Source: Mesorhizobium sp.
GTDB taxonomy: Bacteria > Pseudomonadota > Alphaproteobacteria > Rhizobiales > Rhizobiaceae
Direction: 5' to 3' (one strand)
Length of the DNA stretch: 64,000 bases
NCBI RefSeq assembly: GCF_035944705.1
Contig: NZ_DASZAX010000011.1
Below the pieces are notes generated by a model, which was given only the letters and a program-made list of their open reading frames with translations, searched no databases and was not told the DNA's origin. How positions within the stretch are numbered: position 1 is the stretch's first letter; each line of letters begins with the position of its first letter. A program made the translations under genes and the position numbers. Of the stretch, positions 9,551-17,949 are shown in pieces.

Positions 9551-10105
9551 ATGACTGCAATCGAAATCAGAACACTCACCAACTCGCCGGAAATCCTGGC
9601 GGCATTGACCGAAATTCTTGTCGAAACAGTCGCTGCCGGCGGGTCGGTCAGTTTCATGCATCCGCTCTCCCATGAAGCCGCCAGGGCGTTCTGGGACCAG
9701 TCGCTGGCTGCCGCGGCACGTGGCGACCGGGTCGTGCTGGGGGCTTTCGACGGGGATACCCTTGCCGGCACGGTAACATTGCTGCTCGGACTGCCGCAAA
9801 ATCAGCCGCATCGAGCCGAAATCGCCAAGCTGATGACGCGGCATGGTCATCGGGGCAGGGGGATCGCCACCAGCTTGATGCAGGCTGCGGAAGAATATGC
9901 CGTGCGTGAGGGGCGCACGCTTCTGGTCCTCGACACGGCAACCGATGGTGGTGCGAGGTCTCTCTATCAGAGGCTCGATTTCACGCTCGCCGGCGAGATC
10001 CCGGACTACGCATTGAAACCTCATGGAGGTCTCAGCGGAACGTTGCTGTTCTGGAAACGGATTGGCTCGTCCAGACAGAAACCGGCGACATTGGCGGAGG
10101 CTTGA
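9551..10105 (+). CDS. GNAT-family N-acetyltransferase
   Basis: Acetyl-CoA motif ...MTRHGHRGRGIATSLMQAAEEYA... in a 184-aa ORF. Confidence 0.85.
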   Translation: MTAIEIRTLTNSPEILAALTEILVETVAAGGSVSFMHPLSHEAARAFWDQSLAAAARGDRVVLGAFDGDTLAGTVTLLLGLPQNQPHRAEIAKLMTRHGHRGRGIATSLMQAAEEYAVREGRTLLVLDTATDGGARSLYQRLDFTLAGEIPDYALKPHGGLSGTLLFWKRIGSSRQKPATLAEA

Positions 10106-10109
10106 ACGG

Positions 10110-10577
10110 ATGACATTCGCGATCACATTGGAAGACCCAGCCAAACCCGAGATCGTTGCGCTGCTGGAAGATGGGGAGAAGTATGGCGCTTCACTTTATC
10201 CCGCCGAAAGCAACCATTTCCTGTCGATCGAAGAATTGCGGGCCGACAATGTCCGCTTCGCCGTGGCGCGCGACGCCGATGGCGTTGCCATCGCAACAGG
10301 GGCATTGGCACTCAACGACGGTTGGGCAGAGCTGAAGCGCATGTGGGTGGTGCCGGCAGCCCGGGGCAAAGGCTTGTCCAGGGCGCTGCTGACGGATCTG
10401 GAAGCGAGGGCGCGCGAGTCGGGCATCACCTGGCTGCGGCTGGAGACCGGCATTGCCAATCACGAAGCTCTTGGTCTTTATGAACGCACCGGCTTTGTGC
10501 GCATTGGGCCATTCGGCGATTACCGACCTGATCCATTGAGCGTTTTCATGGAAAAGCGACTGATCAGTTTTTCATAG
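10110..10577 (+). CDS. GNAT-family N-acetyltransferase (second, tandem)
   Basis: Internal ATG at 10110 (MTFAITLEDPAKPEIVALL...). Motif WVVPAARGKGLSRALLTDLEARA. The 5' extension of the ORF overlaps the previous gene. Confidence 0.85.
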   Translation: MTFAITLEDPAKPEIVALLEDGEKYGASLYPAESNHFLSIEELRADNVRFAVARDADGVAIATGALALNDGWAELKRMWVVPAARGKGLSRALLTDLEARARESGITWLRLETGIANHEALGLYERTGFVRIGPFGDYRPDPLSVFMEKRLISFS

Positions 10578-11472
10578 TTTCCAGAAATTCGATCATGCGA
10601 GCGACGAAAGCCTTTAACAGGGGATCGTCGGCGCGATCGGCGGCCGAGACGAAATAATAGGCGCGCGCCGCATTGATGGCAGTGGAGAAGGGTTGGATCA
10701 GCCGGCCTTCGTTCAGGTAGCTGCCCGTAAGCACATTGGACAGCAAGGCGATGCCTCGCCCTTGAACGGCCGAGGAGACGGCGTGCGCCACGGAAGGAAC
10801 ACGCACCCTGGCGCTGCCCTGGAGATCGACGCGGGCTGCGATCGCCCATTTGTTCCATTCCTGCCCATCGTCCTCATGCAGCAAGGTGATGCCGTTAAGC
10901 CGGCGTTCGCGATGCTGCAGGTCCAGACGAGGAAACAAGACCGGCGAACACACGGTCTTGAGTTGCACCTCAGAAAGCAATTGCCATGAGCGGCCAGGGA
11001 AGGGCGGGTTGTCGTAGACGATGGCGATGTCGCTACGCTCCCAGTCAACGGCATCCGCGACGATCGCCTCGTTGATGGTCAGATTGGAAATACCCCTGCT
11101 TTCGGCGAATTCGACGACAGCGCTGCTCAGCCACGCAACACCAAGCGCGGTTGGCAGCGAAACCGAGAGCGAGCGTGTTGCACCATGGACGTCATGCCGA
11201 CCAGAGTCACGGACGGCGGCCGAAAGCTGCGCCAAGGTCTGGGAGACCGTGCGCGAGAAATCCCGTCCGGCTTCGGTCAGCGCGACGTTGCGGCCGTCGC
11301 GCTCGAACAGGACAATTCCGGTGACATCGCCAAGCTTGCGCAGCTGCAAGGAAATTGCACTCGGGCTGAGATGAAGTTCGTCGGCCGCACCGCGCAGTGT
11401 CCCGAGTCGCGAAACTGCCTCGAAAGCCTTGAGGTAAGGCAGAAAGGCTAGAGGTCGAACCATCGGCAACAC
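10564..11472 (-). CDS. LysR-family transcriptional regulator (GcvA-like)
   Basis: N-terminal HTH (LKAFEAVSRLGTLRGAADELHLSPSAISLQLRKLG) plus a LysR substrate-binding domain. Divergent from the 11587 operon. Confidence 0.85.
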   Translation of the reverse strand: MLPMVRPLAFLPYLKAFEAVSRLGTLRGAADELHLSPSAISLQLRKLGDVTGIVLFERDGRNVALTEAGRDFSRTVSQTLAQLSAAVRDSGRHDVHGATRSLSVSLPTALGVAWLSSAVVEFAESRGISNLTINEAIVADAVDWERSDIAIVYDNPPFPGRSWQLLSEVQLKTVCSPVLFPRLDLQHRERRLNGITLLHEDDGQEWNKWAIAARVDLQGSARVRVPSVAHAVSSAVQGRGIALLSNVLTGSYLNEGRLIQPFSTAINAARAYYFVSAADRADDPLLKAFVARMIEFLETMKN

Positions 11473-11586
11473 ACTCAGATGGGTACCTATTGTTGAGTTT
11501 TCCTAAGCAATTCTGGTCAGGATAAATCGTTTTTGTCAAACTGTTCCGACTGTTACCAATAGAAGAACAGATCCGAGGAGGACTTC

Positions 11587-12258
11587 ATGATTTCGGCCAA
11601 GCCGTTCGACTTTCCTTATGACGGCAAACTGTCGGCCAGCGCCACAGCGCTGGTGGTGATCGACCTGCAGGAAGACTTCCTCTCCAACACCGGCTATTTC
11701 GCCAAAAGCGGCTACGATCCGTCGCCGCTGCGCGCAATCCTGCCAACGGTCAACAGACTGATCCTTGCTGCCCGCGCCGCCGGTGTGCGCGTCATCCACA
11801 CGCGCCAGGGTTATCGGGGCGACATGGCGGATATGACGCCCTACGAGAAATGGCGGCGCAAGCGCAACGGCCTTGAAGGCACCGAGGTTCTGCTGCGTTC
11901 CAGTCCCGGCTTCCAGATCGTCGCAGACATCGATGTTCGGGACGAGGACATCATCGTCGACAAGACCTGCAACGGCGCGTTCACCTATACCGACTTCGAG
12001 CATGTGCTGCGCGCACAGGGCATAAGTCACCTGCTTTTCAGCGGCTGCACGACGGATGTCTGCGTGCACACGACATTGCGTGAAGCCTGCGATCGCAACT
12101 TCCAGTGCCTGACTATCTCGGACGCCTGCGCCAGCGGCGACCAGTACGCGCATAAAGCGGCGCTGCATATGGTGACGGTCGAGAACGGCATCTTCGGCAC
12201 GATCGCCGACTCCGATGCCGTTTTGGCCGGCCTGGCCAAGCTGGCGAGGGTAAAATGA
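11587..12258 (+). CDS. Isochorismatase-family cysteine hydrolase
   Basis: ALVVIDLQEDF..., ...LLFSGCTTDVCVHTTLREA (catalytic Cys context). Confidence 0.85.
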   Translation: MISAKPFDFPYDGKLSASATALVVIDLQEDFLSNTGYFAKSGYDPSPLRAILPTVNRLILAARAAGVRVIHTRQGYRGDMADMTPYEKWRRKRNGLEGTEVLLRSSPGFQIVADIDVRDEDIIVDKTCNGAFTYTDFEHVLRAQGISHLLFSGCTTDVCVHTTLREACDRNFQCLTISDACASGDQYAHKAALHMVTVENGIFGTIADSDAVLAGLAKLARVK

Positions 12259-12593
12259 ACGATGACCGCGTTGCGCCGGGCGCGAACGAAATTCTCGAGC
12301 CGCAGCGGTACATCTCGCTGATGCGACTCACCGCCAAGGGGTTGGCGGAATTGTCGGACAGTGCCGCGCGCCGGAAGCGCAGCGAAGAGCGGGTGGCCGC
12401 ACTCGGCGGCCGATCGATCGCCTTCTATGCGACGATGGGACCTTATGACTTTGTGCAGGTGTTCGAGATGCCGAGCAACGAGGCGATGATGCAGTATGTG
12501 CTCACCGCCCGGCGCGACGGCCATGTCGATCCGCTGATCATGCCGGCCTTCGATCCTCTGACCTATGGCGGGATCGTCGACCGCGTACGCTAG
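12255..12593 (+). CDS. GYD-domain protein
   Basis: ATGA start/stop overlap with the hydrolase gene. Contains ...FYATMGPYDFVQVFEMPSNEAMMQYVL..., typical of the GYD family. Confidence 0.75.
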   Translation: MNDDRVAPGANEILEPQRYISLMRLTAKGLAELSDSAARRKRSEERVAALGGRSIAFYATMGPYDFVQVFEMPSNEAMMQYVLTARRDGHVDPLIMPAFDPLTYGGIVDRVR

Positions 12594-12627
12594 CAGCAAC
12601 GAACAACAAAACAATAAGGGGAACGCA

Positions 12628-13434
12628 ATGACCAAGGCTTTCATCATGGGGGCTGCCATGCTGCTGAGCACGCAGGCAGCCTTGGCGGGGGCGCCGAGTT
12701 TCGTGTCGGACGGCGCGATAAGCGTTTGCACCACGGCGGCGTTTCCGCCCTTGTCCTACAAGAAAGATCCCGGCGACACGGTTCCTGTCGGCATAGATAT
12801 CGAGATCACGGAGGCACTGGCCAAAACATGGGGTGCCAAGACATCCTATGTCATCACCGATTTCGCAGGCCTGCTGCCGACACTGGGATCAGGCCGCTGC
12901 GGCATGATCGTCTCCGGCATCTACGTCAACGAGGAACGCCGCAAGACCTATGACGGCGTGCGTTACATGAAGTCGGCAACGGTCCTGGTCACCAAGGCCG
13001 ACAATAGTGAGATTACTGCACCCGCCATGTTGAGCGGTCGAACGGTGGCATTGGAAGCTGGTACCTACTACCGCGAGGAGCGACTGGATCCGCTCAACAA
13101 GGAGCTAACCGCCGCCGGCAAGCCGGCAGTGGTGATCCAGAATTATCCAGCACAGCAGGGCGCGTATCAGCAGGTTCTGGTCGGGCGCGCAGACGCCACC
13201 TTGACCGAGGAAGCGGAGGGCGCCTTCCGCGTCGCCGGCGCGCAGGACCAGTTGAAGATCGCCTATACCTGGCAGTCGGATTTTACCTACGGCATCTACG
13301 TTGCACGCAAGGACGGTGATGCCGCGGCCATCAAGGTGGCGCTGAAGACACTGCGCGAGCAGGGGTTCTTTGCCCGGCTTGCAGAGAAGTACGGGCTGAA
13401 CCCGGCGGTATTCGACGTGGATTACGAGTCCTGA
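12628..13434 (+). CDS. Amino-acid ABC transporter substrate-binding protein
   Basis: Start at ATG 12628 behind AAGGGGAA. Signal peptide MTKAFIMGAAMLLSTQAALA. SBP_bac_3-like body. Confidence 0.85.
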   Translation: MTKAFIMGAAMLLSTQAALAGAPSFVSDGAISVCTTAAFPPLSYKKDPGDTVPVGIDIEITEALAKTWGAKTSYVITDFAGLLPTLGSGRCGMIVSGIYVNEERRKTYDGVRYMKSATVLVTKADNSEITAPAMLSGRTVALEAGTYYREERLDPLNKELTAAGKPAVVIQNYPAQQGAYQQVLVGRADATLTEEAEGAFRVAGAQDQLKIAYTWQSDFTYGIYVARKDGDAAAIKVALKTLREQGFFARLAEKYGLNPAVFDVDYES

Positions 13435-13462
13435 CCGTCTCGAGCCTGAAAAGCTGCCGGCG

Positions 13463-14134
13463 ATGACCTTCGATGTCGACCTCTTCCTGAAGGCGCTAGC
13501 ATCGCCACCCATGCTATGGGGGGCGATCGTAGCCTTGCTCCTGTCCGTTGTGGTGCAGGCTGTGTCGTTTGCCGCCTGCCTGCCAATCGCGCTTTGCCTG
13601 AATTCCCCGAGGCGTGGCCGCAATGCCGTCGCACAGGTCTATGTCTGGGTATTTCGTGCGGCGCCGCTGTTGCTCGTGTTGCTGCTGATCTGGAACGGGG
13701 CGCCGCAACTTGTTCCGGCACTGCTCAAGGCCAATTGGTATACGCCGTTCTTTGCCGCCACGATCTCGTTCAGCCTGGTGACGGCCGCTTACATGGCCGA
13801 GATCATGAAGGGGGCGCTGCGTGCCATCGGTCCCGGCCAGTACGACGCCGCCGAGGCCCTTGGCTTGACCCGCTTCCAAGGCTTCCGGCTCGTGATCCTG
13901 CCGCAGGCGCTGAGAATTGCGCTGCCCTCTCTGGTCAACGAGTTCATCAATCTGGTGAAGCTGACTTCACTCGCCTATGTCATCTCGCTGCGCGAGATCA
14001 TGGCTGTGGTCAATGACGCCATCGCAGCCAGCTTTCGTTTCGTCGAGTGGTACTGCGCTGCGCTCGTCTATTATCTCGTCATCGTGTCGATTCTCATGAT
14101 TGTGCAGTCCGCCATCCAGAAACGTCTGGGCTGA
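13463..14134 (+). CDS. Amino-acid ABC transporter permease (HisM/GlnP type)
   Basis: EAA-loop region ...GQYDAAEALGLTRFQGFRLVILPQALRIALP... Confidence 0.85.
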   Translation: MTFDVDLFLKALASPPMLWGAIVALLLSVVVQAVSFAACLPIALCLNSPRRGRNAVAQVYVWVFRAAPLLLVLLLIWNGAPQLVPALLKANWYTPFFAATISFSLVTAAYMAEIMKGALRAIGPGQYDAAEALGLTRFQGFRLVILPQALRIALPSLVNEFINLVKLTSLAYVISLREIMAVVNDAIAASFRFVEWYCAALVYYLVIVSILMIVQSAIQKRLG

Positions 14135-14183
14135 CGTTGGATTCAGGCGGAGCGATCCTTCAACGAGGAAGATCGAGCGGCGT

Positions 14184-15983
14184 TCAACCCTTGTGATGCG
14201 TCTCCTGCAGTCCATAGACCTTTGTGGGAATGCCTGCTTGCCGGGCTTTCAGTTGCAGGGACAGGAACTGCGAATAGTGGCGTGACTGGTGCAGGTTGCC
14301 GCCATGGAACCACAGCGCCTCCTGCTGCGTCGGCTTCCACATGTTGCGCTGCTCGCCTTCCCATGGGCCGGGATCCTTGGTGGTGCCGGAGCCGAGGCCC
14401 CAGCATTTGCCAACCTTGTCGGCCACATCCTGGCTGATCAGTTCGGCAGCCCAGCCGTTCATCGAGCCGTAGCCGGTGGCGTAGACGATGACGTCGGCCG
14501 CCAATTCGGTGCCGTCCTCGAGCAGCACGGAATGTTCCCTGATCTCCTGGACCTGGCCGCGTTGCAGCTTGATCTCGCCGTCGATGATCAATTGCGAGGC
14601 GCCGATGTCGATGTAGTAACCTGAGCCGCGACGCAGATATTTCATGAACAGGCCGGAGCCGTCGTCGCCCCAGTCCAGCATGAAGCCAGCCTTTTCCAAC
14701 CCGTCATAGAATTTGGCGTCGCGCTCTTTCATCTGCTGGTAGAGCGGGATCTGGAATTCATGCAGGATCCTGTAAGGCACGGACGCGAAGATCAGGTCGG
14801 CCTTGGCGGTGGTGACGCCATTCTCGACCGCCTGTTCTGAATAAAGCGGCCCCAGCCCGATCTCCATGAGGGTGTCGGATTTGACGATGTGCGTGGTCGA
14901 GCGCTGTACCATGGTGACATCGACGCCGTTTTCCCAAAGGGCGGCGCAGATGTCGTGGGCGGAGTTGTTGGAACCGATGACAACCGCCTTCTTGCCCGCG
15001 TATCTGTCCGGTCCGGGATGCTTCGAGGAATGGTGCTGGTCTCCCTTGAAGGTATCCATGCCCTTGTATTTCGGCAGATTGGGCCGACCGGACATTCCGG
15101 TGGCAAGTACAAGCTGCCTGGGCCTCAAAACGATATCCTTGCCGTCGCGCCGCACCGTGACGGTCCATTCCTTCTTGTCGTCGTCATAAAATGCGCTCTT
15201 GGCCTCGGTTGATGACCAATAGTTTAGCTCCATCACCTTGGTGTACATTTCCAGCCAGTCACCGATCTTGTCCTTGGGTGAGAAAATCGGCCAGTTCTTC
15301 GGAAAGTCGATATAGGGCAGGTGGTCGTACCAGACCGGGTCGTGCAGGCAGAGTGACTTGTAGCGCTTGCGCCAGGAGTCACCCGGACGCTCATTGCGCT
15401 CCACGATGATGGTCGGCACGCCGAGCTGGCGCAGCCGCGCACCGAGCGCGATGCCGCCCTGGCCGCCGCCGATGATGAGCGTATGCGGCTGGGTGGCAAA
15501 GCCGAGTTCGGCCTGTTCCTTCTCGCGCTCCTCCTTCCAGCTCGGCCGGTTCTTGCCCTGGCCGTGCCTGGCGCCGAGCGGGCGGGTGAACCCCGCCTTT
15601 TCCTCGTGTCCTTTCAGTTCGGCCGCAGTGGTGAGCAATGTCCAGATCTTGCCATCCTTCAGCCGGATGTGGCCGAAGCCACGGGCCGCCTCCGTCTCGA
15701 ACGTGATCCAGCCTTCCAGCAATCCATCGCTTTCGGTGGCATCTTCGCCATCGGCGATCGCGAAGTTCGATGGCTTGATGGCACCAAGCTGGCTCTTCAA
15801 CATGGCGCGAATCTGGTCGCGGCCTTCCAACGTCTTGATGTTCCAGGTGAAAGCGACAAGGTCGCGCCAATAGCAGTCGTCCTGGAAGAAGGAGACCGCC
15901 TTTTCGAGATCGGCGGCGGCAAGGGCGGCACCGAAATCGGCGAGCAGTTTGGCGAGCTTTGCGTTGGGCGCCTTGTCGAGCAT
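14184..15983 (-). CDS. Flavin-containing (Baeyer-Villiger-type) monooxygenase / FAD-NAD(P) oxidoreductase
   Basis: GxGxxG at IIGGGQGGIALG and a second dinucleotide motif VIGSNNSAHD. Start at ATG 15983 behind GGGAGGA (ORF open to 16064). Confidence 0.85.
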   Translation of the reverse strand: MLDKAPNAKLAKLLADFGAALAAADLEKAVSFFQDDCYWRDLVAFTWNIKTLEGRDQIRAMLKSQLGAIKPSNFAIADGEDATESDGLLEGWITFETEAARGFGHIRLKDGKIWTLLTTAAELKGHEEKAGFTRPLGARHGQGKNRPSWKEEREKEQAELGFATQPHTLIIGGGQGGIALGARLRQLGVPTIIVERNERPGDSWRKRYKSLCLHDPVWYDHLPYIDFPKNWPIFSPKDKIGDWLEMYTKVMELNYWSSTEAKSAFYDDDKKEWTVTVRRDGKDIVLRPRQLVLATGMSGRPNLPKYKGMDTFKGDQHHSSKHPGPDRYAGKKAVVIGSNNSAHDICAALWENGVDVTMVQRSTTHIVKSDTLMEIGLGPLYSEQAVENGVTTAKADLIFASVPYRILHEFQIPLYQQMKERDAKFYDGLEKAGFMLDWGDDGSGLFMKYLRRGSGYYIDIGASQLIIDGEIKLQRGQVQEIREHSVLLEDGTELAADVIVYATGYGSMNGWAAELISQDVADKVGKCWGLGSGTTKDPGPWEGEQRNMWKPTQQEALWFHGGNLHQSRHYSQFLSLQLKARQAGIPTKVYGLQETHHKG

Positions 15984-16286
15984 GCGAGGGTTCCTCCCTT
16001 GGAATCGTAGTGGTCGTGCGTGGCCGTGCCGATCCTCCCAGCCGGGTATGGGGAGTATCGGCAAAGACAGACACCTTCGTCACGCCCCACCATAGTTTGA
16101 AGCGATTTCAATGAGTTGCACCCGTTTCGCCTCCGCCGGGGACGGAGCTCGCGGGAACGTGATCCGGGCCTGCCGCAATCCTGTCTTGGTGCTTTGAAAT
16201 CGTGCTCCCTGCGATATCTCGGTCCGCGTTGAGGGATGGCCGCCGGTCGCGTTTCGCAGAAGGGCACGGGCATTGGAGTAGGTGTC

Positions 16287-17612
16287 GTGAATGCGAAACA
16301 TATCTGTCTAACAGGCCGTCGCCTCAAGGCGGCGTCCTTGGCTTTTATCCTTGCGATCAGCGGGACGACCGGTCTTCCGTTGCTGGCGCCAACTGCACAG
16401 GCTGTACACGCCGCCTCCGTTTCGATGGAAGTTCGTGAACGGCTGTCCAGATATGGCGTGTGGCAGATATCGCAGCCATACGGCGAAGTCTGGGTGCCGT
16501 CCGTGGCGGCTACATGGCGGCCATATACAGTTGGTCGCTGGGTATGGACCGACGACGGCTGGTACTGGGAATCCGGCGAGCCGTTCGGTGCTGTCGTCTT
16601 CCACTACGGACGCTGGGCCTACGACGACGATCTCGGCTGGGTCTGGGTCGCTGGAGACGAATGGGCGCCGGCCTGGGTCGTCTGGCGCCAGAGCAATGAC
16701 TATGTCGGCTGGCTACCGGCACCACCGCCGGAGGAACGTGTGGTATTCCGCGACGTTTGGTGGTCTTTCGTACCGGTCGTGGCGATCAGCGCCGTGGAGA
16801 TTCTGCCGGCGCTGCGTCCGGTCGAGGACAATGTGACAATCGTGCGCAACACCACCATCATCGATCAGCGCGTGGTCGTGAACAATGTCTACAACAATCA
16901 GACGGTGCGGGTGGAGAATAAGGCGATTCCTATCAACGCCGGGCCGATGCTGGCGCGATTGCCGCAACCTGTTGCCGGCAAGATTCGAGCAGCAACTATC
17001 GCACCGCCGGCCAAGGGGTCTTTAGCGTCGGCCAGGCTCGATGTTTCGAAGGCGCGCGAGGTGAAGCTCAGAGCGGCGTCATTGCAGCCAGGAGGGTCTC
17101 CACCTTCGCCCGGCAAGCCCCCGGTTGGTGCGGTGCCCATTGCTCCCGCTCCCACAGGACCGGCCAAATCCAATGACATGACCGGGAACAAAACACCGGT
17201 TATTACCCAGCCGGCCCTGCCACGGAAGCCCGCAGTATCAGCAGTGGACGGAAAGACACAACAGCCGTCCAGGAGGCGGCTGCCAGCTACAACCGGCAAG
17301 GGGGCGCCCGGCGCCATGACCGAGATCAACAGGAACAAAGTCGGGCCGCAGCGAGTTCATGCAAACCACGAACCGCGGAAGCTCCCGCCAACAAATCCTG
17401 CGATTGAACAACGGCACCGTGCAGAGACCTCGCCGATGCAAAGTGGTAGTCAACCCCAACATAGGCCGGCTGGGCGGCCGATGCTGCAACGTCAGACAGC
17501 TCACATGAATGCACCGCACCGGCCGCAGGCTGCGCCCCACAAACCTGTATCGCCTGCCCGTAAGCCGATGAAGTGCGATCCGCACGATCCGCGATGCAAG
17601 GCAAAGGGTTAG
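16287..17612 (+). CDS. Secreted Trp/Gly-rich (GRW-motif, DUF6600-like) protein with a long Pro-rich basic tail
   Basis: GTG 16287 lies 8 nt after GGAG. Signal peptide ...LAFILAISGTTGLPLLAPTAQA. Motifs YTVGRWVWTDDGWYWES and HYGRWAYDDDLGWVWVAGDEWAPAWVVW. The C-terminal ~220 aa are P/A/K/R-rich. Confidence 0.6.
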   Translation: MNAKHICLTGRRLKAASLAFILAISGTTGLPLLAPTAQAVHAASVSMEVRERLSRYGVWQISQPYGEVWVPSVAATWRPYTVGRWVWTDDGWYWESGEPFGAVVFHYGRWAYDDDLGWVWVAGDEWAPAWVVWRQSNDYVGWLPAPPPEERVVFRDVWWSFVPVVAISAVEILPALRPVEDNVTIVRNTTIIDQRVVVNNVYNNQTVRVENKAIPINAGPMLARLPQPVAGKIRAATIAPPAKGSLASARLDVSKAREVKLRAASLQPGGSPPSPGKPPVGAVPIAPAPTGPAKSNDMTGNKTPVITQPALPRKPAVSAVDGKTQQPSRRRLPATTGKGAPGAMTEINRNKVGPQRVHANHEPRKLPPTNPAIEQRHRAETSPMQSGSQPQHRPAGRPMLQRQTAHMNAPHRPQAAPHKPVSPARKPMKCDPHDPRCKAKG

Positions 17613-17645
17613 GCTGTCCCGTGGATGTTATGGCTGCAGGCATTT

Positions 17646-17674
17646 CGCCGCAATCGTTCGGAGCGATTGCGGCG
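17646..17674 (+). terminator. 11-bp perfect hairpin downstream of the 16287-17612 gene
   Basis: CGCCGCAATCG-ttcggag-CGATTGCGGCG. It has only a weak T tail. Confidence 0.4.
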
Positions 17675-17732
17675 TCGCCGTTCGCACGGAAGACACACAT
17701 TCAACGATGTTGAAATCAGCGCGATATCACGG

Positions 17733-17761
17733 TTGACAGCGCTTCGTGCTTGCACCTATTG
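17733..17761 (+). promoter_or_regulatory. Sigma-70-like promoter of the ilvIH leader
   Basis: TTGACA-N17-CTATTG, close to the rhizobial CTTGAC-N17-CTATAT consensus, about 10 nt upstream of the leader ORF. Confidence 0.5.
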
Positions 17762-17770
17762 TCCGCCACG

Positions 17771-17824
17771 ATGAACAAGATGGTACTCATTCTCGTAGGA
17801 AGGCGCGTGGGCAAGGCGGTGTAA
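17771..17824 (+). CDS. ilvIH leader peptide (17 codons, MNKMVLILVGRRVGKAV)
   Basis: 7 of 17 codons are Val/Leu/Ile, including a VLILV run. The stop codon sits in the loop of hairpin GGCGG-tgtaa-CCGCC. A terminator follows. Confidence 0.6.
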   Translation: MNKMVLILVGRRVGKAV

Positions 17825-17859
17825 CCGCCGGGCGAAGTCCTCCCATGCGCAAACACACA

Positions 17860-17881
17860 GGCTCCCTCGGGGGCCTTTTTT
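17860..17881 (+). terminator. Attenuator terminator of the ilvIH leader
   Basis: GGCTCC-ctcg-GGGGCC stem followed by TTTTTT, 69 nt before the ilvI start. Confidence 0.55.
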
Positions 17882-17949
17882 GTTATCCAGAATATGACCA
17901 GAATACCAGCAAGCGCTTGAAAAAGCAGGAAAAGACGGAACGGGACCCC

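Noticed and set aside
9213-10577. Possible GNAT-toxin/antitoxin (TacT/AtaT-like) module: a small protein followed by GNAT genes
   Set aside because: The 104-aa protein shows no RHH/DUF1778-like features, and both GNATs look like ordinary metabolic acetyltransferases. There is no evidence beyond gene order.
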